Positions 28,078 to 36,361 of a stretch of 41,577 nucleotides of DNA are shown in pieces. Where the stretch lies: the IMG/VR virus record IMGVR_UViG_3300024325_000006, positions 1-41,577 of that record. One strand, written 5' to 3'. The position numbers and the translations under genes were made by a program. Source of the DNA: a virus. Taxonomy: Duplodnaviria > Caudoviricetes. The notes under the pieces were generated by a model. That model was not told where the DNA came from and made no database searches. It worked only from the letters and a program-made list of their open reading frames with translations. Within the stretch, counting starts at the first letter, position 1. Every line of letters begins with the position of its first letter.

Positions 28078-28508
28078 TACTTTGTCTCCTGTATTGTCAT
28101 ATTAGTAGTGCCACAAGCGAATGGATTGTTGGCAAAATAAAAGTACGGGGGGATGTCCACCTTAACTTTGGTACCACTGCCAACATATTTTTTAATAGCT
28201 CGACCTGCTTTACTGTCGGTCTTCACACAGAACTCTGGCTGCGCGTCGGTACCGGCATTTTGGCTAAAACGGATATGCGCCGTGATATAACCAACCCTAT
28301 AACTGTATGAATAGATATACCCGGTCAGCTCTTGGCTGCCAATTGAAAAATGAAGAGATAGCCAAAATGTGATAAATACCAGGATTCCACTGACAAAAGA
28401 CATTAGCCACCCAACAGATCGCCAATCCTCATTTTCGTGCCAACCTAAAATACCTATTACCAATCCCGTGAGTGCCACTAAACCAAAAATTATTGCTGCG
28501 ATTAACAT
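28077..28508 (-). CDS. Membrane protein with two TM helices
   Basis: Hydrophobic N-terminus; coupled to groEL. Confidence 0.65.
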   Translation of the reverse strand: MLIAAIIFGLVALTGLVIGILGWHENEDWRSVGWLMSFVSGILVFITFWLSLHFSIGSQELTGYIYSYSYRVGYITAHIRFSQNAGTDAQPEFCVKTDSKAGRAIKKYVGSGTKVKVDIPPYFYFANNPFACGTTNMTIQETK

Positions 28509-28693
28509 TATTTCTTCTCCGTGATTATAATTGTAGGCTCAGCACTACTATCCCAGGAAGGTACCATCTCGTATATACATTTCCCAGTGTTTATCAATTT
28601 CATTAACCAATCTAGGGTCGGCTCGTTAATGGGAGATAAGTCAGGGTCATTGCTGATGTCAGCGACGATTTTAGCATGTACCGTGATCTTCAT
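28508..28693 (-). CDS. Hypothetical protein
   Basis: Coupled on both sides. Confidence 0.55.
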   Translation of the reverse strand: MKITVHAKIVADISNDPDLSPINEPTLDWLMKLINTGKCIYEMVPSWDSSAEPTIIITEKK

Positions 28694-29073
28694 TATTTCT
28701 CCAATCCGAAGCTACCCGCCCCATCACTATGCACATTCCACGCTGAACTATCCGGATCATCCTCAGCGATAAGGCTAGTCAACTTCACAAAAGCGTACTT
28801 CTGCCCATCCTTCTCAATAATGTTCCCCCGTTCGGCAAGAGCCGTCCAAAAAACCCTTTTACCTATTCTAGACTTCCAGTAGTCATACAGTTCATCAAGT
28901 TCTTTTCGAGCCATGAAGCTGGCCTCAAAATAGAACGACCAAGCACCGAAATACATAAACTTATCTGGTAAACTCACCAAAATACCGCTTTCTGCCGTAT
29001 CTTTTTCAGTACCGCCAAAGCCAAACTGGTCTATTGCCAACTGGATCATGGCAAGGTCATTGAGTGCTTTCAA
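28693..29073 (-). CDS. Divergent GroES-like co-chaperonin
   Basis: MKALND...TAESGIL start and DGQKYAFVKLTSLIA end resemble GroES PLxD/T.GGI and DGEEYLI..SDILA; AGGAG RBS, TTG start. Confidence 0.6.
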   Translation of the reverse strand: MKALNDLAMIQLAIDQFGFGGTEKDTAESGILVSLPDKFMYFGAWSFYFEASFMARKELDELYDYWKSRIGKRVFWTALAERGNIIEKDGQKYAFVKLTSLIAEDDPDSSAWNVHSDGAGSFGLEK

Positions 29074-29087
29074 TATATTTCTCCTAT

Positions 29088-29174
29088 AAAAAAGTCCCCA
29101 CCAGCACCTCGAAGCATTGATGGGGACGTTATTACAGATGAAGGCTTCGAGGTATTCACCCTATCAGTATACCA
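29088..29174 (-). promoter_or_regulatory. Promoter and attenuator-like leader of the chaperonin operon
   Basis: TGGTATACT; 10-bp terminator stem + T6; 10-nt upstream segment complementary to the terminator loop. Confidence 0.65.
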
Positions 29175-29212
29175 TTTGCTTTTTTTACTACAACCCCATA
29201 AGCTTAACTTAA

Positions 29213-29944
29213 ATGACTTACTCAAGATCAGACATTAGTAATATTGTTGATGAGATAGTCGAGCAATATAGAGGCCAACGGATATCTTATTTCGGTTCAT
29301 TCCTCGGTGATGCTCGAGTACCAGTTCTCTATTACGTAGATAAACTCCGAGACACATCTCCAGCACCAGCTATGTACAATAATCGCCTTGATGGATGGGG
29401 CATAGAGTTTCCAATTGGCCTTATGTCTCTTTTTACCCATGAGGAGTATCAGACAGATAAAGCATATCCTAAAGGTACGATACTTATATGGAATACACCC
29501 CATATAGCTATAGTTGTAAGTTCAGACGGGACCAATACGGTAAAAGTTCTCGAACAAAATGCTGAGTTAGATGGCAAACCCTGTGGCGTAAGAGATAGGA
29601 CGGTCAACGGGCAACGACGTATTTGTACCTACGCCTTAGTGCCCATATTCAGCGACCAAGAACCTATACGACAAATTGTCATCAGGCCGGCCCCTTCACC
29701 ACATCCCTATAAGCCCCCCATGGCTCCTCTAAAGTTACCTGTTAAAGAACGGAAAATCTACATACGTAACCCCGTGCCAGGATTCTCGGCTTATACTAGA
29801 GCTACTAAGCATGATGGATCGATAGCCATGGTTCCAACCGGTAACTATTACATTTATCGAGAACTAGGTGGCATGCTGAACATACATAAAGATAGAAATA
29901 CTCCAGGCTACTGGATCGATCCTGCCGACATACAAAGCATGTGA
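29213..29944 (+). CDS. CHAP-like domain protein, catalytic Cys apparently absent
   Basis: PKGTILIW..PHIAIV...VLEQN, Pro-rich linker, C-terminal GYWIDP domain. Confidence 0.6.
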   Translation: MTYSRSDISNIVDEIVEQYRGQRISYFGSFLGDARVPVLYYVDKLRDTSPAPAMYNNRLDGWGIEFPIGLMSLFTHEEYQTDKAYPKGTILIWNTPHIAIVVSSDGTNTVKVLEQNAELDGKPCGVRDRTVNGQRRICTYALVPIFSDQEPIRQIVIRPAPSPHPYKPPMAPLKLPVKERKIYIRNPVPGFSAYTRATKHDGSIAMVPTGNYYIYRELGGMLNIHKDRNTPGYWIDPADIQSM

Positions 29945-30068
29945 TACTATATGGCTATGTGTTACGAAATCGGAACTCATATTGCTTTCTCTAATAAACC
30001 AAATGAGACGGTTAAACGGCGTCTTTATGAGGTGGGTGAGCATATTGTATTCGTGATGAGTAGGTCAT

Positions 30069-30578
30069 GTGATGCCGAAATCATCGCTGTACGGTAAACC
30101 CAGGCAGTTACGACGTACTAGAAATATAATCGCTCGTGGCTTGAAAGATATTGCCACCGGTAGATCATCTGGGAGATACCCGGCTCTTGATGTAATATTT
30201 AACAATAATAGAAAGGGACACTCCTTGGACCCTGACACGATCTGTACTCCCGACTGTCCACACCGGAACCCAGAGATTATCCAGGATATCAGACCCCAAA
30301 CGGGAGAACGGCTTGCTGTTGTGGAGCACAGGATTGACGAACTCAAGGAGGAGTTTGAGCAGCATCGCGGCGAATCAATACGTGCCGGTGCGCTATTCGC
30401 TACCAAATCCGAGCTAAAAGTCATTGATAAACACATCGACCGTGATATAGCGCCGGCTATCGAACGACTCGCCTCAAGAAGTACGCTCAAAACTGCTGCT
30501 TTGGTAGTCAGCATAATCGGTCTTATGGTCTCCATGGCATACAACGTCATCAATTTGTATAAATTATTCCAGTCATGA
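30069..30578 (+). CDS. Coiled-coil protein with C-terminal TM helix (lysis-associated); start uncertain
   Basis: Overlaps the endolysin start. Confidence 0.5.
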   Translation: MMPKSSLYGKPRQLRRTRNIIARGLKDIATGRSSGRYPALDVIFNNNRKGHSLDPDTICTPDCPHRNPEIIQDIRPQTGERLAVVEHRIDELKEEFEQHRGESIRAGALFATKSELKVIDKHIDRDIAPAIERLASRSTLKTAALVVSIIGLMVSMAYNVINLYKLFQS

Positions 30579-31246
30579 GAATCCCTTCCAGCAATGCTAT
30601 CCGTCTCCTTTTTGGCGCAACTGAATATCCGTATAGTATTGCTTCTCCCCATGAGGGCGTAGACTTCTTACCAGCGCCTGACAATAGAATATATGCACCT
30701 TTCAGTGGTACCGTTATCTTGAAGCCTAACAATGGTCCAGATGGCAACGGACTGTATATGTATAATGGCAAGGATCAATTTCATGGCCTGCTACACACTT
30801 CGAGTTATCTAGTACAAGATGGCCAACACGTTACAGAAGGCGACCCAGTTGCCATTATGGGGTATTCTGGATATGTAGTGCCATCCGGCCCTTTGGGCAG
30901 CCATCTTCATTGGTGTGTGAAGCAGAATGGTACTTTTATCAATCCATTATCATTACTAATAGGAGGTAAAGGCTCCTTAGAAGAACCAATTACTATGCCA
31001 ACAGACGCACAAGTGGATCAGGTGATCAGCATGTGGAACCAGATAGCCTACGGAGTTCCAGCAAGTGCGGCGGTGTTTAATAACCTACGCCCCCAGCTTA
31101 AAAAGGACTTTTTTGGCACAATGCTTCAACTACTCAAGAACGCGGATACCGCCAAGGATTCGCTCAAGAATAACCAAATGAAAGGCAACTGTACGGCTGA
31201 AGAGCGTCAGTTGCTCGATCTTTTAAAGAAAGTAAGTAAGGAATAA
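30575..31246 (+). CDS. M23-family peptidase endolysin
   Basis: HEGVD (HxxxD) and HLH (HxH) zinc motifs. Confidence 0.88.
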   Translation: MRIPSSNAIRLLFGATEYPYSIASPHEGVDFLPAPDNRIYAPFSGTVILKPNNGPDGNGLYMYNGKDQFHGLLHTSSYLVQDGQHVTEGDPVAIMGYSGYVVPSGPLGSHLHWCVKQNGTFINPLSLLIGGKGSLEEPITMPTDAQVDQVISMWNQIAYGVPASAAVFNNLRPQLKKDFFGTMLQLLKNADTAKDSLKNNQMKGNCTAEERQLLDLLKKVSKE

Positions 31247-31248
31247 CC

Positions 31249-31497
31249 ATGAACGATTTTTTTACCAGCCTCATCCGTAGTTATGTACCTCTCATTGTAA
31301 GCTCCGTAGGGGCCTTTTTCGCCGCTCGTGGTGCTAAACTTGATGATCAGGCTATTGCTGGCCTTACGGCCGTTCTATCGGGCTTATTTTACGCTATATA
31401 CTATGGGCTGGTCCGACTATTCGAGAAATATGTATCTCCAAAGTTCGGTTGGCTCTTAGGATATCCCAAAGCGCCTAGCTACCAAAAAGAACAATAA
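31249..31497 (+). CDS. Holin-like membrane protein
   Basis: Two hydrophobic helices after the endolysin, GWLLG..KAP.Y end. Confidence 0.65.
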   Translation: MNDFFTSLIRSYVPLIVSSVGAFFAARGAKLDDQAIAGLTAVLSGLFYAIYYGLVRLFEKYVSPKFGWLLGYPKAPSYQKEQ

Positions 31498-31576
31498 AAA
31501 GATCCGCTCTCCTTCACGGTGGTGATCCAGAGAGCGGAACTAATCAAAGGCGTCATCTGCGGAAACGTGATGACGC
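31496..31576 (-). ncRNA. Candidate trans-acting sRNA with CCUUUGAUUAGUU seed
   Basis: TGATATAAT 31589-31581; hairpin-linker-terminator; linker complementary to a repeated RBS leader. Confidence 0.6.
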
Positions 31577-31586
31577 TTTTATTATA

Positions 31587-31808
31587 TCATAAGTTGTTTT
31601 TAGACTTCAACTCTTCCTTGTGCACTTCTATCCAATGTAACATCGTACTTCTGTCTACTTTGAAAGCTCTGGCTAAGTTGGAAGGATTAACCTTGCTGTT
31701 GTAGAGCTTACAAAACGCTTCATAATCCCAACCATTATGGCGATTCGATGTGTTGTCAAGATACATCTTAAGACCTTGCCGGCGAATGGAGGGAGGAAGA
31801 AATCTCAC
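31587..31808 (-). CDS. Small HTH-like protein (start uncertain)
   Basis: PSNLARAFKVDRSTMLHW helix-turn-helix pattern. Confidence 0.55.
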   Translation of the reverse strand: MRFLPPSIRRQGLKMYLDNTSNRHNGWDYEAFCKLYNSKVNPSNLARAFKVDRSTMLHWIEVHKEELKSKNNL

Positions 31809-32092
31809 TTGAACGCCTTCATCTTACGGGCATAAGTATTTATGTTCACGGGTCTACAGCTACGACGGTTACAGGTACATAACATATCATGATTATAGTG
31901 TATGTGTTTATTCATAAATTTGCGCTCAAAATACAGATATACTCCTTCGACCATGTAATACATAGTGGCTGCGAATTGGGTCCGTGAGAACGCCTTAAAC
32001 ATCCTCACCAAGTCTTCTGCTGTTTGCTGATTAATCTTTTCCATATTTCTTCCGTACAGTGTCCCAATTATTATTCCAATAATAAGGTCCAT
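31805..32092 (-). CDS. Hypothetical protein
   Basis: Preceded by AACTAATCAAAGG leader and TGGTATATT on the minus strand. Confidence 0.6.
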   Translation of the reverse strand: MDLIIGIIIGTLYGRNMEKINQQTAEDLVRMFKAFSRTQFAATMYYMVEGVYLYFERKFMNKHIHYNHDMLCTCNRRSCRPVNINTYARKMKAFK

Positions 32093-32155
32093 ATTACCTA
32101 CCTTTGATTAGTTGATATATGTGTGCATACAAAATATACCACACTACAATATGTG

Positions 32156-32216
32156 TTGACAATACAGTTATGTTTTGCTAGGATGAGAGAGTAAAGCTAA
32201 TCAAAGGAGCTCTATG
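32156..32216 (+). promoter_or_regulatory. Sigma70 promoter + CTAATCAAAGGAG leader driving a 19-aa ORF (32214-32273)
   Basis: TTGACA-17-TAGGAT. Confidence 0.7.
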
Positions 32217-32442
32217 AAACAAGAACTATTAACGCAGTTGATCCGTGAAGGAAAACTGGTAACCATAAAGTGAACATACGAGTTGTGAAGAAGAAAGAGA
32301 AAATGAACATAGAAGTCAAAGTTAGTAGACCGTGGTATTTAGAGTATATTAAGTATTAACTGGCTGCCGGGACCATATCCCGGCATGAAGCCTCCGGATC
32401 GGTGCCCACCCCCTGTCCGGAGGCTTTTGATATAATGAGGGG

Positions 32443-32558
32443 GCAAACGAAAGTTTGTATGCTGACGAGGCAGAAAAACCGCCGACCATTTGAGCACTTC
32501 ACCCTTGGAATAATAGGGAGCCTGTCAGAGGAGAGCTTGAACCGGTGGTTTTTCTTTT
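32443..32558 (+). ncRNA. Pseudoknotted/attenuator-like leader RNA
   Basis: TGATATAAT 32428-32436; 13-bp stem 32472-32484/32543-32555 + T tract; 32462-32471 pairs 32520-32528. Confidence 0.5.
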
Positions 32559-32814
32559 GTGTTAAGCAAAACCAAATTTACTTACATTTCGTGGATCACA
32601 TGTTAAGTTGGCCAATATGTGGACAAACGCATGACGCTTGTGGTATTATGCCAGTAATTCTTAGAACAGTAATCAATTCTGAGAATAGTCGCTCAGCTAT
32701 AGATGGGTGCAAATTGTCCATAAACATAAAAGTAAATGCCCCCTAGTGATAGGAGGCATTGAGAACAGTAATCTCTACTATCCTATCACGGGGGGTTTGA
32801 AAGGTCAAGCCCAA

Positions 32815-33117
32815 ATGAGCACAGAATCGGTCGAGGATACTCTTAAGAAATCATATGATCATAAGAAGTTAAACAAGTTTAACTTTCATAAGAATCTTAA
32901 GACTCATAAGAGTCTAAGTGAAGTAGACAATTTGGTAAATACGATTATTGAGCGATATGGTAATCCACAATTTACGCCCCTTTACCGTAAAGCCGCCTGG
33001 TATTTGCCAGAGGCCACTATAATTACACTTATGGAAAAAGCGGAGAATGCGGATACATCGTGTAATTATTTTGTTAAGTGCGCTAAGAATGCTTTGAGAA
33101 AGTTGGAGACAGTATGA
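32815..33117 (+). CDS. Putative replication initiator-like protein (could start at GTG 32707)
   Basis: Internal octamer repeat array; small helical C-terminal domain. Confidence 0.4.
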   Translation: MSTESVEDTLKKSYDHKKLNKFNFHKNLKTHKSLSEVDNLVNTIIERYGNPQFTPLYRKAAWYLPEATIITLMEKAENADTSCNYFVKCAKNALRKLETV

Positions 33118-33593
33118 ACGACCTAGAAGAAACCAATGCCCAACCTATACCACACGACAAACTGGGCTTAGATCTACACGAGATAATCCTTAACTATTAC
33201 CGAATTTTACATGGTGCTGCGATAGAGTCGGGCGATAATTTCTCGGATGCAGTAATGGACTTTACCGAAGAAATCAAACAAGCCTTCAAAGAGGCCGGAT
33301 GGCTGGAACCTGGTATCGCCAACATTAATGGTATACCCCTAGCTACACCAGAAGGTCGGGCAGTAGAGGCTGCTGTTCACAATGGTAGGATAATGTTGAT
33401 TACTCCTCTTGAACATCACAGATCCCAAGAGGAGATATTACATAAACTTCCTGTTATTATGACCGGTCAGGAGTGGTACGACCGTTTCGAAGTATGTCTA
33501 CCTAAAGAGGTTCTTATGCCCGACGGGACCCTCGGCTACTACAAAAGCGATCTGTTAAAGGCCACTCAGGAAGCTGCGGGGTTAGAAGAATGA
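33114..33593 (+). CDS. Hypothetical protein
   Basis: GGAG RBS, coupled. Confidence 0.65.
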   Translation: MNDLEETNAQPIPHDKLGLDLHEIILNYYRILHGAAIESGDNFSDAVMDFTEEIKQAFKEAGWLEPGIANINGIPLATPEGRAVEAAVHNGRIMLITPLEHHRSQEEILHKLPVIMTGQEWYDRFEVCLPKEVLMPDGTLGYYKSDLLKATQEAAGLEE

Positions 33594-33738
33594 ACATCAA
33601 CTATCTACGCTATATTCTGGATGAGTTGACCATCACGAAATAAAAACACCACCTACGTGCCATTCGGCATTTCAGTGGTTCATATGTATTATACCATGGG
33701 TCATAGAAGTTTTTGAGTTGTATTCTGGAGCCTAACTA

Positions 33739-33800
33739 TTGACTTAAAGACCGTCTTTTGCTACCATGAGGTAGACAGCTAATCAAAGGAGCAAGTCATG
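33739..33800 (+). promoter_or_regulatory. Sigma70 promoter with palindromic operator + CTAATCAAAGGAG leader
   Basis: TTGACT-17-TACCAT; AAAGACCGTCTTT in the spacer. Confidence 0.7.
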
Positions 33801-33962
33801 AAACTATTTACCAATTTAAGAGTTGCCTACGCCCTCTGGAACCACAGACGCAATGCGTATGGACATCGTGGGAACGTGATCAACTACATTGCGCGGCAGA
33901 CACCACACTACATAGTGTATAAATGCAGTTACTGTAATACGCATATTGAGGTGCGGGTATGA
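33798..33962 (+). CDS. 54-aa protein with CxxC (not in ORF track)
   Basis: Hand translation MKLFTNL...KCSYCNTHIEVRV; strong RBS. Confidence 0.6.
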   Translation: MKLFTNLRVAYALWNHRRNAYGHRGNVINYIARQTPHYIVYKCSYCNTHIEVRV

Positions 33963-34098
33963 TGGACTATTTCAACAAAGTGATCAAACCAGCTAGTGAT
34001 AAGCTGGGGGAGATGCTTAATCAAGTAGAACAATATCAATGTCAGAGTTGGGCAGATGTAGGTGCTATTTATGATTGTACTTGTGGGGAGTGTGAGTT

Positions 34099-34460
34099 AT
34101 GAGAGAAATTAAATTTAGGATTTATTCACCGTCTCAAGCATACCAAGGCATGATTACTTCGGTGATCCATATCTAAACAACGAATATAACCATCTTGCAT
34201 TTCAGACTGAGCAAACAGAAGTCGATACAGCGACAGATGAAGACTGGATAATCATGCAATACACCGGTCTAAAAGACAAGAACGGTGTGGAGATATTTGA
34301 GGGGGATCTAATCCAAAAAACTAACTCTCAAACTGGTCAAAAGACTGCAAAGTCTGTCGTTACTTATAATGCTAGATCTGCTAGGTTCGCTGGTTTGTCA
34401 TTTGGTACAAGTATGAATATGGAAGTAATTGGTAATATTTACGAGGGGCAAAAATCATGA
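34099..34460 (+). pseudogene. Frameshifted YopX-family gene
   Basis: MREIKFR frame stops at 34174-34176; MQYTGLKDKNG..IFEGD..VIGNIYE is in another frame. Confidence 0.65.
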
Positions 34461-35494
34461 GCCTCCTAAAACCCGCCTCTAACCAAACCGCCTACCTAAA
34501 AGCCGGAATCCTCGGCTTCCAAGGTAGCGGCAAGAGCTACACCGCTTCACGCATAGCCGTTGGCCTAGCTAAAATGGTCAACAAGAAGAACCCCCGGGTA
34601 GCTTTCTTCGACACAGAAAAGGGTTCTGACTTCTTAGTACCCTACTTCAAGCAGGAAGGTGTAGAACTAGACGTTGCTAAGTCCCGTACATTCGTGGATC
34701 TCTTGGCCTTCATGAGTGAAGCCGAGAAGAACAAGTATGACGTGGCGATCATAGACTCAGTGTCACATATCTGGCGTGAGCTCATGGAGAGCTACCAGAA
34801 CAAGCTGCGCCGGCAGAATGGGCTGTTGTTCCAGGACTGGCGTAAGGTCAAGGGTGAATGGCAGCGATTCACGGATATGTTCATTAACAGCAAGATTCAC
34901 ATTATCGTGCTTGGTCGTGCTGGATACGAGTATGACTTCGATACTGATGAAGCTGGTAAGAAAGAACTGGTTAAGACCGGTACCAAAATGAAGGCCGAAG
35001 CTGAGTTTGGGTATGAGTCGGATATACTGCTAGAAATGGAACGTATTAAGAGCGGTAAGAAGACGATCAACCGTTGCTACATCCTCAAGGATCGTACTGA
35101 TACGATAGATGGCAAAGAGATCGACTTCCCGACTTTCGATAGCTTCAAGACAGTGATTGAGCATTTGAACATAGGCGGTGAGCATTATGGGGTTGATACT
35201 ACCAGAAGCTCCGAGCAGATGTTCGATGATCCCGATAAGTCCTGGTCTAAGGAACGTGAAGCCCGTGAGATCGCTTTGGAGGAGCTAAAGCAAGAGTTTA
35301 TACTCAACGACCTCAACGGCACGTCTACGCCCATTGTGAAGCGTCGTACGGAGCTTCTGATCGAAGCGTATGGTACGAGTGCCTGGTCTGCGATACAGGG
35401 TATGCAGTCTGCGGATATTCGGGATGGGATTTTGAGGATTCGGGCCACTGTGGGCGAAGAGCGTCAAAGGGCCGTAAAAGCTGAGCAGTCATGA
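34457..35494 (+). CDS. Sak4-like/AAA recombination ATPase
   Basis: GFQGSGKS Walker A, FFDTEKGS, IIDSVSH Walker B, YESD. Confidence 0.8.
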   Translation: MSLLKPASNQTAYLKAGILGFQGSGKSYTASRIAVGLAKMVNKKNPRVAFFDTEKGSDFLVPYFKQEGVELDVAKSRTFVDLLAFMSEAEKNKYDVAIIDSVSHIWRELMESYQNKLRRQNGLLFQDWRKVKGEWQRFTDMFINSKIHIIVLGRAGYEYDFDTDEAGKKELVKTGTKMKAEAEFGYESDILLEMERIKSGKKTINRCYILKDRTDTIDGKEIDFPTFDSFKTVIEHLNIGGEHYGVDTTRSSEQMFDDPDKSWSKEREAREIALEELKQEFILNDLNGTSTPIVKRRTELLIEAYGTSAWSAIQGMQSADIRDGILRIRATVGEERQRAVKAEQS

Positions 35495-35721
35495 CGAAGT
35501 CTAAATCAGGTATAGCTCTGGGGGAGTTGGACTACACGGTGGTCAAGACGGACATACTACGGGGTGTTAAAGAGTACCCATTCCCCGAAGATATGGACGA
35601 GCTCGTGTATCTGAGCGTTGAAGATTTTAGCTTTACCATAGACGACAAGAAGGTGGTGCTCAAAAAGACTCCCGATGTTGACGTGATTAGTGGTATCGTG
35701 ATCCACTACCGAGCACTATGA
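35491..35721 (+). CDS. Hypothetical protein
   Basis: Coupled. Confidence 0.55.
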   Translation: MTKSKSGIALGELDYTVVKTDILRGVKEYPFPEDMDELVYLSVEDFSFTIDDKKVVLKKTPDVDVISGIVIHYRAL

Positions 35722-35723
35722 TA

Positions 35724-35784
35724 TTGCATAAAGACCGTCCTTAAGCTATACTGGTAATGTAAACTAATCAAAGGAGATAACATG
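35724..35784 (+). promoter_or_regulatory. Sigma70 promoter with operator + CTAATCAAAGGAG leader
   Basis: TTGCAT-17-TATACT; AAAGACCGTCCTT in the spacer. Confidence 0.7.
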
Positions 35785-36015
35785 GTAACACCAGAGGAGT
35801 TTCTAACCGAACTCGAACGGGATTGGGTGAGAGCTGACCCCATGGACCGTCATAAGATTGTGATGGGGTATGCTTCACTTATGCGGTCTCGTGAGACTGA
35901 GATGCGTGAGGTGGAGCGTATGGATATTGTTGCTCATATGACCATTGGAGAAGACGGATTGTATTTGGATCAGGATTTGTGTGATTGGATGAAGGATGAG
36001 CATGAGAGAAATTAA
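35782..36015 (+). CDS. Hypothetical protein
   Basis: Strong RBS. Confidence 0.65.
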   Translation: MVTPEEFLTELERDWVRADPMDRHKIVMGYASLMRSRETEMREVERMDIVAHMTIGEDGLYLDQDLCDWMKDEHERN

Positions 36016-36361
36016 GTTTAGAGCGTGGGATAAAAATACAAAAACCTTAATTCGTGATGTTTTTGTTCTTACTCCAGGCGCTACAATCATCAATGGTAGG
36101 GGGCTAGCTCATGATTGTGTTCTTATGCAATACACCGGCCTGAAAGACAAGAATGGTGTGGAGATTTATGAGGGGGATATACTGCAAATTGTAGGCGGCA
36201 CAATGCGGGCGCTGGCCACTGTTAGGTTCGATGAAGGTTCTTTTCTAGTAAATAATCCAGTTGGTGGAGACTTAACGCTGCGTGATGCCCAACTTATACC
36301 ACATGCAACCATCGAAATTATCGGCAACATCTACGAGCATAAGGAGCTTTTGCATGGGTGA
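36002..36361 (+). CDS. YopX-family protein
   Basis: MREIKFRAWD...MQYTGLKDKNGVEIYEGD...IIGNIYE. Confidence 0.9.
   Translation: MREIKFRAWDKNTKTLIRDVFVLTPGATIINGRGLAHDCVLMQYTGLKDKNGVEIYEGDILQIVGGTMRALATVRFDEGSFLVNNPVGGDLTLRDAQLIPHATIEIIGNIYEHKELLHG

Noticed and set aside
32445-32480. Hammerhead ribozyme (CTGACGA and GAAA present)
   Set aside because: No room for stems I-III around the core motifs; the bases are better explained by other pairings
32402-32746. 114-aa ORF
   Set aside because: No RBS; overlies a terminator, promoter and structured RNA
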